In this document: positions 48,141-61,598 of the stretch, piece after piece
Numbering within the stretch: the stretch's first letter is position 1
Layout of the letters: each line of letters starts with the position of its first letter
NCBI RefSeq assembly: GCF_016432865.1
Contig: NC_067403.1
Span: forward strand, 171,554,001-171,618,000
Source: Antechinus flavipes
Lineage: Eukaryota
Reading direction: 5' to 3'
Length of the DNA stretch: 64,000 nt
Notes under the pieces: generated by a model
The model's input: only the letters and a program-made list of their open reading frames with translations
What the model was told of the DNA's origin: nothing
The model's database searches: none
Position numbers and translations under genes: made by a program

Positions 48141-51073
48141 AAAGTTCAATGCTCTGAGCATTTTTTTAAAAGGTGAAGAGATGTTAATATTTTAACCCTT
48201 GCATCTCTCAGTAATGGCAAAGGCAAGAGAATAGTGGTCAGGTTATTCCTTCACATCAAAATGTGAGATATTTAGGAAAAACCCTAAAAGTTCTTAGAGA
48301 TTCAGACTAATAGTTTTAATTGCTCTCCTAATTTTATAGGTTTTACTATGTTTGTCCTGGATTTTACTGAATTGTACTATCTATGTAAACATTTCTACCT
48401 CTATAGTAAGGGGATATTTTAAAAGGATTGGTAGTCTAGGTTCATTGACAAAATGCAGAAATCTTCAAATGGCTTTTCTAAACCAGTTTTCTTCTATAAG
48501 CTCTGATTGTTTTTACTTCTAACTGTGATACTATAATTTATACTTAAATTGCACTAAATTTAACTTTATTTCTTGTAGTTAATTCTCTCATCTTTTAAGT
48601 GAAGTTGTTAATCTTGGTTTAATTTGCAATTTTACTCAGGGAGCTGTTTTCACTATCCATTGTGCTTCCCACATCAGAATTTCCCTTCAGTTAGGTAGAT
48701 AGACCAAGTTGTGGTGACTCAGTTGGATTCACTCACCAATTCCTTCTGGCATATTTATTATGCTATAGTCCTCATCTTGGGCAGTGACTAATTCTAGAAG
48801 AAAAATTTGCCCCTTAGTGCTTAAAGGTGGTCATAAAGAACAAGGAGGCTTCAGGAAGAACAATTAGTATAAATGTAATGATTAAACTAGACCTTAGCTA
48901 TGACACAAGTATATCTATTATAGGGTTTGAAAAACATACAGTCCTGCATTGAAGGGCATCAGTTATTCAGAGCCTTACTGGAGCAAATGCCTTCAGTAGC
49001 CACTTACTAATTATTTACTATGTATCTCAAACTGATACCAAAAAGCATAGTCTTGATCCTCAAAAAATTTACATTCTACTGAGTATATTCTCACCAGTTG
49101 TAAAAGGGTAAAATGGAGTTTTTTTTGAAGTAAAAAAAAAAATTTGAAATACCTTGTGAATTTCAAACTAAAAGTCATGCATAAGTTCATTAGTTATTTA
49201 CCAAAAGAAAGTAAGTGGCTTTGAGTTGGCCTTTTCTGGTACATGTCTTGTTTTACTCTTCATTATTAGATATGTATGATTCTTCATAACTCCATTTTGG
49301 ATTTTCCTGGCAAAGATTGTAATGGTTTGCCATTTCTTTCTCCCATTCATTTTATGGTTGTGCAAATAGAGTGAAATGATCACTCGGCTAATAAATGTCT
49401 GAGGTCAGATTTGAATCAGATCTTCTTGTCACCAGGCCTGGAGGTTTATCTACTGAGCCACATAGCTATCAGTTTAAGATTAAGGGTGAAGATTGAATTT
49501 GTTATTTTCATACTATTTGTAACATAGGGACAGACAACATCTATGACCACTTTTTATAATCTAAGGAACACTAACTTATGAAGTGTTTTGTTTGTTTTTT
49601 ATCTTACTCACTGGCAGTATAAAAGCTTCTGATTAACACTGAGAGAAAAGGAAATGTCAAAGCCTTTAATATAGTAGGCCATTCTGGAGAATCACATGAT
49701 TTTCTTTGGCCAAGGAAGTAGTTGACAAACCTGACAAGTCTCAAGGGGAACACATTCAGGACAAGTTTTTAAAAAGATGGTAGAAGTTTATGGTGTTAAA
49801 AACTATTTCCAAAATTAGATTAAATTACTTGAAAGAAAAGAATATTGTGGACTATTTTGTGATTTAATGTCTTAAGTTATGAATTCTCAGTATGTGTAGT
49901 TTGTACATATGTATGTATTTTATATGCAGTGATTTTTTTAAAAGTCAGTGATGCCTCTTGTAAGATATATTTATAATGTACTTATTACAGAGCACCCTGG
50001 GCAGATATTTGTGTTCTGTTCATTCAAGGTGTTTTTGAGCATCTCTTGAGTTTTTTAATTTGCTCTGAGGAGCTGATGAAGATTAGTGAGCAGAGGAGTG
50101 ATATTTGCATTATGACAACAGAATGGATTGGCAATAGATAATCACGGTTGAATGAAGAGTGAAAGGACATATATGAGTAAAAGCCATCAGAACTCTGGCT
50201 AATAAGGAATTCTGAAGACTGGCAATGAATGTTTCAGTCCTCTGAAGGGAGGATGCAAACTGTAGGTGCGGTATCCCTCCTGCTGTTGATTTGTATTGTC
50301 TAACTGTACTGTTCAATAAGGGAAGGTCATTGAGAAATGACAACAATATAAAAATATCAATAAAACTTTTTTTTTTTTTACAAAAGACTACATTTTTAAT
50401 TCTATTTGCTTGTTGTTTAAGTTACTTAACCTTTTCTGAGCTTCACTTTCCTCATCTCTAAAATGGAAATGGTAACATTTTTGCTAAACCTTATTTCACA
50501 GAAAGTAAGGTCTTTATCCATTTCAGATCATGTAGAAATGTGAACAATTAATAGGCACTCATTTTCACCTGTTACCTCTCCTGGTACTTGGCAGTTGTGT
50601 GCCTTATCCCCTCCTCTCCACAGTCCCATGTTTTGTTTTCCCATCCCACTGTGCCCTCTGTAACTCTCTGCTTCATAACTGACAGATTCTCTTAATCTTA
50701 TTTAATCTCCCACTTTTTCTATCTTCTGGCACAAAAAGCTGGAAACATGTAAAAAGATTCCCAGCCAAGTATCTCTGCTCATTCTGAGTTATCCTTATGT
50801 CATTGAATCAGAAAGAGACAGCATATTATCATCGCCACTTTTTATTTTTAAGGAACTATTTCTCAGTGAGCTATCGTATCTCCTTTCCCATTTGGCCAGT
50901 TTTCCTTCTTAAAGCATTCTTTTCATTAGCTTTTTGTATTTTTGCAACACTCTCATTTCAGTTTTTTTCCCCTACCCTCTCTTATTTGATTTTCCAAATC
51001 ACTTTTGAGTTCTTCCATGCTGAGACGAGTTTGTTTTTTTCTTGAAGGCTTTGTTATCTTCTGAATGTGTTTT

Positions 51074-51472
51074 TTTTTTTTTTAAATTTTATTTTATTTA
51101 ATAATAACTTTGTATTGACAGAATCCATGCCAGGATAATTTTTACACGACATTATCCCTTGCAATCACTTATGTTTCGTTTTTCCCCTCCCTCCCTCCTC
51201 CCTCCCCCCTCCCAGGATGGCAAGCAGCCCTATATATGTTAAATATGTTGCAGTATATCCTAGATACAATACATATTTGCAGAACCAAACAGTTCTCTTG
51301 TTGCACAGGGAGAATTGGATTCAGAAGGTAAAAATAACTCGGGAAGAAAATCAAAAATGCAAATAGTTCACATTCATTTCCCAGTATTCCTTCTTTGGGT
51401 GTAGCTGTTTCTGTCCATCATTTCTCCAATGAAACTCAGTTAAGTCTCTTTGTCAGAGAAATCCACTTCCAT
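51074..51472 (-). mobile_element. Young 5'-truncated L1 (about 400 bp)
   Basis: 14-bp TSD TCTGAATGTGTTTT (51060-51073, 51473-51486); poly-T. Confidence 0.92.
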
Positions 51473-51647
51473 TCTGAATGTGTTTTGATCTGCCCTGACA
51501 CCATAGTAACTTTCTGTGGTCAGAATCTTTTTCAGTTGTTTGCTCATTTTCCCAACCTGTCATGTGGCTTTTTAACTCTTTATCTAGGGTGGATGGTGTG
51601 ATGTCCCAAGCTTCAAGGATTCTGTGCAGCTGTTTTCAGAGATCTTT

Positions 51648-52888
51648 TTTTTTTTTCTTAAATTAAAGCTTTTTACTTACAAAACATAGGCATGGGTAAT
51701 TTTTCAATGTTGACCCTTGCAAAAAAATTTCCCCTCCTTCCCTCCACCCCCTTTTATAGATGGCAGGTAATCCAAGACATGTTAAATGTTAAATCCAATA
51801 TCTGTATACATATTTATACAGTTATCTTGCTGCACAAGAAAAATCAGCTCAAGAAGAGGAAAAAAAAACTGGGAAAGAAAACAGAACAAGCAAACAACAG
51901 AGAGAGTGAGAATGCTATGTTATGGTTCACACTCAGTTCCCACAGTCCTCTCTCTGGGTGTAGATGGTTCTTTTCATCACTGAACAATAGGAACTGGTGT
52001 GAATCATCTCATTGATGAAGAGAGCCACGTCCATCAGAATTGATCGTCATATAGTCTTGTTGTTGTGTATGATGATCTGATTCTGCTCATTTCACTTAGC
52101 ATCAAACTAAGACTCTCCAGGCCTCTCTGTATTCATCCTGCTGGTCATTTCTTACAGAACAATAATATTCCATAACATTCATATACCACAATTTATCCAA
52201 CCATTCTCCAATTGATGGGCATCCATTCATTTTCTAGTTTCTAGCCACTACAAACAGGGCTGCTACAAACATTGGTGCACATATAGGTCCCTTTCCCTTC
52301 TTTAAGATCTCTTTGGAATATAAGCCCAGTAGTAACACTACTGGGTTAAAAGGGATGCACAGTTTGATAACATTTTGAGCATAGTTCCAAATCGCTCTCC
52401 AGAATGGCTAGATCAATTCACAACTCTACCAATAATGTATCAGTGTCCCAGTTTTCCCACATCCCCTCCAACATTGGTCATTATCTTTTCCTGCTGTCTT
52501 AGCCAATCTGAGAGGTGTGTAAGTGATACCTCAGAGTTGACTTAATTTGCATTTCTCTGATCAATAGTGATTTGTTGGACCTTTTCATATGACTAGAAAT
52601 AGTTTTAATTTCATCTGAAAATTGTCTTCATATCCTTTGATCATTTATCAATTGGAGAATGGCTTGATTTTTTATAAATTAGAGTCAATTCTCTATATAT
52701 TTTGGAAATGAGGCCTTCATCAGAACACTTGTATGTAAAAATGTTTTCCCAGTTTGTTTCCCTTCCAATCTTGTCTGCATTAGTTTTGTTTGTACAAAAA
52801 CTTTTTAACTTGATATAATCAAAATTATCTATTTGGTGTTCAATAATGAGTTCCAGTTCTTTGGTCACAAATTCCTTCATTCTCCACA
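51648..52888 (-). mobile_element. 5'-truncated L1 (about 1.24 kb)
   Basis: 11-bp TSD CAGAGATCTTT (51637-51647, 52889-52899); ORF 52641-53003 is partly ORF2-like. Confidence 0.9.
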
Positions 52889-55062
52889 CAGAGATCTTTC
52901 GAGGGATCTGTGAGTTTGCAGTTCTTCCAAGGTATGATCCAAGGAGAAGTGTGTTTGAGCACTCTCTTCTGCTCTGGAATTGTGAGGAGGGTCCCGATTC
53001 CATTGTAGCTTTAAGTTCTAGTGTGCTAAAGCAAGGGAATCCTTCCTCAGAGCTAGGAACTTCTGACCAGTTAGCCCCCCTTGACGTCTACGGGCTGAGA
53101 ACTCATGCTGCTGCAGCACGCTGCCATCCCCACTAGTGCCCCTGCAGTGGCTCTCAAGGCCGGTTCTGGGTCAGCTGGTTTCCTAAGTCCCATTCACCCT
53201 AGTGAGACAAACCTTTCCTGCAATCTAACAAGATGTCTTCAGTGTTTCTGGGCTGAGAGGTCTGGAAATGGCCAGTTCTGCTGTGTTGATTCAGAGGCCC
53301 CAAGGCCTGGGGTTGGCCTGTACTGGATTTCCACCTTTGTGCAACTGACCTTTTTTTTTCCTGTTGAACTAAATTGTGCTCCATCTTTTTGTGGGTTCTG
53401 ATGCTGTAAAATTTAAGACTATCCCTTTGGATTTGGGGGGCTACTCTACATAAGGCTAGAGTCCTTCCAGGAACAATCCCACTTCTGAACTGGGAAGAAT
53501 TATCAAAATTGGAGAGGCCAGACTCTCCTAGCTTCTATCTGGAAGTGATAGACCTCCCAATGGAGATCTTGACAAGATTCAAGGAAGAGAATCTTCTCCC
53601 AGTACTGCTCCAGAGGTTGCCATCTTTTCGGAAAGAGCCAAGGAGACAAACCTGAGGAAAGAACACAGCAAGATTCATCCAAACCAGACAAATAATAGAA
53701 CTAGAATTGGGACCCAGATCCAGACTCTGAAGAGAGGCTTCTTATTCCAGCGCTCTGCCTGGATTAGAAAAGGCATTGATAACCAACCCTATTTCCATTC
53801 TTTCCTGCCTTGGAAAAGACAGTGTGAAAGTTGGGTAATGAGTTTCAGATGGAGAAAAATAACAGAAAATGTCGGTCTCAGACTATGTCTGTCATTCGCT
53901 TTTCAGAAATCTGACTCCCAAAATGGGAAATTGAAGGAGTTAAAATTTTTTTTTTCCCATGTGTACACAGGCCATGGAAGCAGCACATGGAGAGAAGTGT
54001 CTTAAGAAAGCCAGAATGATAGCACTTTAAAAAGGACTAAAATGGTTTTGTTTTGTTTTACTTTTTTTCAATTTGAAGAATGCAGCAGAAAAGCTGCATT
54101 TGGTCTGTTCCTTTCTAGCTTCCTCTGATGCCAGGGAGCCTACAGTATGCTGAGTTCCATTTTAATGTTTGAGAATTGCAAAGTTTCTGTGGCCCTCGCT
54201 ACCCAGCGGATTGGTCCACTAGGTTAAATAGTTCATTATAGTTAATCAAAGTGGGTTTTATATGCAATGAATACTTTATTAACTCGTTTAAATATTAAAA
54301 TGTACTTGAAAAAAATCCATGCAATATAACCTCAATCTCTGGTACTTTTGCCAAGCACAGTGCCATTATTTACCAATGAAAGCAGACACATTTATATTCA
54401 TACTCCCCTTGAAACTGGACAGGATGGGGAAGAAAGACATTGTATTAGCACATTTATCTCCAAAGTGACATGAGACAAGTGAGGGAAATAGGATCCTAGA
54501 TTCAAACTTAGAAAGGACCTTAGAGTTCTTTTAGTTCAATTCCTTTACTGTAAAAATAGGGAAAATTTCCTGAAGTCTTACATCTAATAAATAGCAGATT
54601 TGAAATTTCAAAACAAAACAAAAACAATACAAACTGTTCTTTTGCCACCATCATTCTGAAGCTTCTTCTAGTAATACTGTCTGTTTGAGTCTTTGTCATA
54701 GTCACTTCTTGGACTCGACACCTTCCTGCTGAACTTCTTACCTTCTTTTTGGAGACTTCAATGTCTCTGAGGCCTGCTGACCCCAACTCCCCTGACCTGC
54801 ATCATCATCTCCCTCAGCCATTATCAGGGATGCTCATGAAAATTTTCACCCTTACCCTAAGGGTGCTACCTCTCTGATCTTGATATGAAGTTCTGAAATT
54901 CTGCTCCAAGAGCATCCTCTCTTACCTTTGCCTCAGTCCTCTCAATCTTAGACTTTGTCCTCATCTCAACCTTCAGTCCACACTCCCTTCCCACTCACAT
55001 TTCACCCAACAGTTGACAGATATAAGTGTACACTTCCCTCTTCCCTCACCCCCAGCTAAGAG

Positions 55063-55676
55063 CCCTAGAAAAGAGAAAAGGCCCCGAGGCAAAAATGTTT
55101 GTGGCAGCTTTTTGTAGTGGTGAGAAACAAACTGAGTGGATGCCCATCATTTGGACAATGGCTGAATAAATTATGGTATATGAATGTTACGGAATATTAT
55201 TGTTTTTATAAGAAATGAGTAGATTGATTTCAGAAAAATCTCATATGAACTAATTTGGGTGAAGTGAGCAGAACCAAGAGAATATTGTACATAGTAACAA
55301 GATTGTGATGATTAATTGTGATGGACTGACTTTTTAACAATGAAGTGATTCAAGGCAATTCAAGTAGACTTGGGATAGAAAGGGCCATCCACATCCAGAG
55401 AGAAAATGAGAGAACTATGGATGTGGATCAAAGCATAATATTTTCACTTTTTTTTTCTTTTTCATGTTTTTTTTTTCCATTTTGAGTTGATTTTCCCCAC
55501 ACAATATGACAAATGCAGAAATATGTCTAGAATTGCGCTTGTTTAACCTTGATCAAATTGCTTGCTGTCTTAGGGGAGGAGGAGGTGGGGGAAGGAGAAA
55601 AAATTGGAACACAAGGTTTAACAAAGGTGAATGTTGAAAACTGCATGTGTTTGGAAAAACAAAATACTATATTAAA
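55063..55676 (+). mobile_element. Old L1 3' fragment inside an L2
   Basis: AAAATGTTTGTGGCAGC...GAATAAATTATGGTATATGAATG and other L1 3' motifs. Confidence 0.75.
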
Positions 55677-58600
55677 GTTGAGTAAACAAACAAACAAAAA
55701 AGAATATTGCCTCATTTTATAGAAAATAGGCTCTTTATCAAAATCTCCCTCTTCTCTCTTCATCTGTCATTCAGGTGCTCTTTCACCCATCTGTCTCATA
55801 TCTTCTCCAAACTGAAAACTTAACCCAGCCCCAATATCATCCTATATCTTTTAGCTAAAATATTTTCAAAAAACCTTCAACATAAGATACCTCCACATTC
55901 CCTCTTCTCTCTTCACCCTTCATCATGCCAATGAAATTGCTCTCTCCAAAATCGCGAATGATCCCTTAATTGGCAAATCCAATGGTCTTTTTTCAGTCCT
56001 CATTCTCTCTGGTTTTGTTCACTACTGACCTTGATTTCTCTTCTCTTTCCCTTGCTTTTCCTACCTTTTTGACTGCTCCTCTTTCTCCTTTGCTGGATAC
56101 CCCTCCAGATAACAATAGGGGTCCCTTGTGGTTTGTCCAGTCTCTTCTTCTGTAGAACTTGATGTCATCAGCTTGCATAAATGTAATTACCATGACCTCC
56201 ACACTTTCCCATTTCCAAATGCCTTTCAAACATCTCCAACTGGCTGTCCAGTGGACGTCTTAAGCTCATTATGTCCAAAGTGGAACTCATTATCTTTCCC
56301 CCTAAACCTCCCTTCCCTCTTAAGGCAGCATCATCTCTCCAGTCCCTCAGGAGAACAACCTAGGAGTCTTCCTGGACTCCTCATCTCTCACCCTATTTCA
56401 CCTCAGTAGCTTCCCTTTCTTCTGATCTTGCTCAGGTCCCATCATGTCACCCTGTTATTAAACTCCCTTGGCTCCCTATAGCCCTTAGGAGCAAATAAAT
56501 TGGCATTTAAAAAATAACCTGCCCCCTTTTCCTTATTCTTGTACCTTATTCTCCAACATGTTCTCTGATCCAAAGATCCTCATTTTTTGGCTCTGGACTT
56601 TTTTTCTGGCTGTCTCCCATGCCAGGAACACTATCCCTCATTTTCATCTGGCTTCCTTCAAATTCTACCTTAAATCCAACTTATAGGATTTATCTTTTTT
56701 TTTACCTTATTAAAATTTTTAAATAGTATTTTACTTTTTTAATCACATATAATTGCTTGTTTTCAGTATTCATTTTTGTAAGATTTTGACTTCTAAACTT
56801 TTTTTCTCCCTTACTTCCCTCCTCCCCAAGGTAGCAAGCAATCCAATGTTATACATGTACAATCATTTTAAATCTTTTTCCACATTAGTTATGATGTTGT
56901 GGAAGAAAAATTAGAACAAAAAGGAAAACCACGAGAAAGAAAAAGCAAACTAATGAAAATAGTATACTTTTATCCACATCTAGTCTACATAGTTCTCTCT
57001 GGATGCATATGGCATTTTTTATCCCAAATCTATTGGAATTGTCTTGAATCACTGAATCGCTGATTCTCAGATGGATTATCCAACCCGAACCTCTGTTGAT
57101 CTACACTCTCATATTTTCTACCGCCTAACAGACATCTTGAACTACATGTCTTATAGACATCTCAAACTCAATATGCTCCAAACAGCAGTTATCCACTATC
57201 CCTATTCCCCCCCCCCCCAAAAAAAAAAATCCAACCCTTTTTCCCTAATTTTCTTTATTATTTTGGAAGGGATCACTAAGCTCCCAGTCCACTTAGGCTG
57301 GCTTATAACCTAGATATTCCCTGGAGTCCTCCCTTTAAATCACATTAATTAGTTGCTGAGCCCTGTCAGTTCTGTTGGGGGTCCTAGTGTGTGTCCATGT
57401 GTTAGTAGCTTTGGAAAATTTCAGGCTGACAAGTCTCCAACTCAATCAAGGGCATAGGGACACAGAGATGATATATATACCCTGCCAGTTATTCCCCTTG
57501 AAGGAGTTCTCCTGAGTACTATGTTTAGAAGTGCAGTTGAATGAAATAAACTCCCCTTTCATGGGAGAGAAGTGAGTAACTATTAAGTGTAAAATGATGT
57601 ATTTCCTATTGGAAATAAGTCACTCCCTTGGTGGGTTTTGCTTCTTTTGTTGATGGAAAAGATTCTAAGGGATGTGTATTATGAAATGACAGTGCTATAG
57701 AAAAGATACTAGGTAAAACCTTTAAAACAAACTCCTCGTACATCAATATTTTTGTAGTTGAGGACTTTAATTCAAATCCAACTTCAGAAAACTTCTAGCT
57801 ATGGGATCCTTGGGCAAGTCACTTAATTGTTTTCTTCAATTTCCTCATCTGTAAAATTAGCCAGATGGTAAACCACTCTAGTTATCTTTCCCAAGAAAAT
57901 CTTAAATGAGATCACAAAGAATTAGACACGACTGAAAAACTAACAAAACACCAAAGTGGAATTAGTAAAAATTATCAGCTCTATTAGGCTGATTTCATTA
58001 TATATTTTCAGATTTACTTCTCAAACAATCAGGAGTTTAGTCCTGTTAATTCCTTATGTCCTTGCAATGCCTTCAAGTATGTTATGATTCACAGCTGTGG
58101 GGGCTTTCGCACTTAGGTGTGGTCCTTAACATAGTCCTATCAAAAACAGACCAGGTGTGACTGATTTCCCAAATTTAAGTTCCTACCCAATTTAAATTCT
58201 ATTCCTTTTTGGAATTCTATTTTTGTCATTTTAGTGATTTTTTTTTTCATCCTATGTGAGCCTTTCCAGGAAAGTACTGCCCAATGAGGTCCCCTCCCCA
58301 TCCTTGTCTTGGAGAGTAATGTGTATACCCAGAGATGAAACGACAATGAGAAGACTCAAAGGAATAAACTCAAGGTGTTTATCTTCTACTTGGTATATTA
58401 AGCTAACAGAGAAGATTAATAAGAAGAGTCATATCTGGGGTATGATAGTTGGAGAAAGCTTCACAAAGAAAATGGGATTTGAAAATGAGAGAGGTTCAGA
58501 GGGTACACTTCAGGAAAAGGCAAAGTAGTTTCAGAACGGAGGTAACTGTCAGGCAATCAGGAGAAATAGAACATTGTTCCTATTAAACACACAGAATTCA

Positions 58601-59072
58601 GAACTTTACAAATTTTTATAGCAGGAAGCAATTCTAAATTCTACTCTTCCAATTGAGTTCCACAAATGATTTGAGATGTTATTGAGAATAACAACAAAGT
58701 GGAACTCATTATCTTTCCTCCTCCTCCCTTCCCTCTTCCTGTTAAGGCAACATCATTCCTCTAGTCCCTCAGGAGACTAAGAGAATCGTTTTCTTCTCTT
58801 TTTACTAAGAAAAAAAAGTGCAAAGAACAGTATTCTAAACAGCTTTTGTTTTTCTATTTTCATAGTTATTTTCATGTAGTCTATAAAATTCTTTAAAAAA
58901 GAAAATACACATAAAACCATCATTAAAATATACTGCTTTATAGACATGGGTTTAAAAAAAATGTACAAATCACTTTACTTTAAATGCCTACAAGAAAATT
59001 ACAATAACCTAGTTATTTTTTTTTGACATGTCAAATTAAATGAATCAGGGCTAGAGTGTTCTTAACACTGCA

Positions 59073-59078
59073 TTTATT
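59073..59078 (-). terminator. PLK4: Probable PLK4 distal poly(A) signal AATAAA (a second lies at 59512-59517)
   Basis: tttatt on the plus strand about 470 nt past the PLK4 stop codon, at the end of a U-rich UTR. Confidence 0.6.
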
Positions 59079-59548
59079 TGTTTTTCTTTTTTAAAAACAA
59101 AATGCTTTTGTAGGAATGTTTCATTAGAGACTTGGCGCTACAAAAATAAAGCTATACAAATTTACATTAGTTGTAACATATATACAGATTATGTACATGT
59201 TTAAAAATCTTTAAAACTACATTTTCCATGATTCCCAACATGCCTGAAAAAACAATAAAAGCAAAGAAGCACCCACCCACCACACATACACTATATATAC
59301 TTCCACTTCACAATACACACATAAATATAGAGACATAAATGGTGAAGGCATCAGGGAATTGCCTAAGAAATGTATACGTTGCCTTCTGACTTTGCAGCCT
59401 TATTAAAATACATGTATTGCAGTCATATTAAAATCCTCTTCAGAAAAGGTCTTCTGGAACAGCTGTACTAACATGAATAAAAGCACTTCCTTTCAAGCCA
59501 ACAAAAACTCATTTATTTAATATATGTCATCCAAAAGAACTCTTTTAA

Positions 59549-59651
59549 TCAGTGGGAACCAGAAGCTGGATTAGCAAACATCAACAGGATGGAAGACAGA
59601 CACTGTAATTTCTCTTTGATGAATTCTGGTAATTTTTCATTTTCCCCATAC
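59549..59651 (-). CDS. PLK4: PLK4 last coding exon ([33 protein letters not shown])
   Basis: Pyrimidine tract plus ctag| acceptor, TGA at 59551-59549; matches human [25 protein letters not shown]. Confidence 0.97.
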
Positions 59652-61491
59652 CTAGGTAAGGTAAGAAAGTTGAAGAAAAGATGTCATTATCTCAGTTCGA
59701 TTACTACAATTATACCACATACTGAAAACCATCATATTTTTGTCATAATTCTATTATAAAAGGTCATTATAGGATACATTGATTAAAAAACAAAAACCAA
59801 TTTTATACAGTAAAACAGAATAGAGTACCCCCATCAGTCATGTTTCTGTTTTTTGTTTTCTTTTTCTATTGACCTGATACATTTAAGTGATATTTCAAAG
59901 TTCTATTCTTTCCTCAGCATAGGTCTTCCTTTGACCAACACAGAACACAATAACTTTTTCTCAAACATAATCTAGGAATTGTGAATCCTTATAAATGTAT
60001 CAAGGCTAGAACATACACATTCTCATCCATGAGTCCTATTTAGTTTGAACGAATCTGTTAAAACTTCTTTTGAGAAACTGAGGTCATCTCTAAATCATGA
60101 GGAGATACTGCAACAGGACTTTAGTGCTGTTTACTAAGGAGGGAAAAAATCTTAAAGAATTTTTGCTGTTTCAAAAAATAGATTGAATATCTTTTTTCTT
60201 CTACAAAATTCTGTAATTACAAATTGTTAAATCCAATTTTTCTGTGGTATCAGGATTTATGTATTTCGCTAAAATTCACTTAAAAGTTTCCTAGAAAGGG
60301 AAGCTAATATCACATATGCATATGTATAATACATACACCTGTATAACAAAATCTAGAAATTCTCTCATTCCCCAAGCCACAGATCTTTTACAAGTATGGT
60401 TCAACAAAAATGTGATGGAATACTATTGTGCTGACCTCTTATCAGCGTAATGACCCAGAAGGATTTCAAAGAAAACAGGTTACTCTCCCCTCCTGAGAGG
60501 AGCTCTGGAAAAGGCTCATGATACACAATGAATGTGTTTTGATTGGCTATACATGTTTGTGATGAGTTTTGTATTTCTCATGTTCTCAAATGGGGTGAGA
60601 GTCAGGAGTATAGGCTACAGAGTTAGGAATGCAGGAGAAGGCAGATCTTAATTGAACAAACAATTAAAATCCCACAGATTTTGGGTTAAAAATGTGATTA
60701 TAGCACCAGAAAATATAAGATGCCACACATGTACTAATCATCCAGAAAGACTCATAGGCTTATATGATTGCCTCCCTCTAGGGTTACCAATATCTCCAAA
60801 TATATGTAATGGACTAATTAGCTAATGAGGTATTGCTTCTTATTTGTCATTCAGTAAAAAATCTCGCAATTATTTTCTATTAATGATGACTTACAAAGTA
60901 CAAATTTGCTTACCACCAAAATACAATTTTCTTCTATTTAACAATACAATTTGAGACATGAAAAAAGGAACAGATTGTTTTCTGCAATTTCTATATTCTC
61001 AAATGTAATGGGTAGAACTCCAACAAAGATGGAAACAATTTAAGTCCTTTTAATTACTTTCTCTCATGGAAAAGAGCACATTTATCTAAATCTTTATGCT
61101 TGACTAAAGAGTTACAATATTAGCAATCAAGTCAACTCCTAAATGAAAGAGTTATGTCTCAATTTTATTTTCAGCCTCTCAAGTATAAAATTTTAAACCT
61201 GGCCTATCAATTATTGGTACACAGTTGTATATTCAAGGACATATAGAAGTAGCACAACAGAAAACAAGACAAAACAAACCCCACAAACCAAAATAATGAG
61301 CAGAAAAGCCATCTCATTGCATCAATTTTGGGATAATATATATAAAATGAGAAAAGGCAACATTATACTGATGTAGAATTTCTTAGTGAATGACATGCTA
61401 TCAAAATTAAAATGACAATTTTATTCAATGTAAGGGGGTATAGAAAACATTAAAAAAAACCTAGAAATTAGCAGAAACTCAAATGACTCAC

Positions 61492-61598
61492 CTAGTTGTC
61501 TGGCCATTTGGTGATGTGTAAGTGATGGAATGCACTCCAGCCTGAACCACCAACTGGGATCCATCATTAAATTTAACCCACACAATTCCACTGCTTAA
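61492..61598 (-). CDS. PLK4: PLK4 penultimate exon ([36 protein letters not shown]), polo box 3
   Basis: cctag| acceptor, |gtgagt donor, 107 nt. Confidence 0.97.

Larger units (their letters stand above)
50835..53410 (-). mobile_element. Old L1 5'UTR/ORF1 fragment interrupted by two younger L1 insertions
   Basis: Host pieces at about 50835-51073, 51487-51647 and 52900-53410 (GC-richer 5'UTR-like sequence). Confidence 0.65.

Noticed and set aside
52860-52920. Apparent internally deleted L1 (ORF2 end joined to a 5'UTR) as a novel non-autonomous element
   Set aside because: The 11-bp TSD shows it is a younger L1 inserted into an older L1 5' region.
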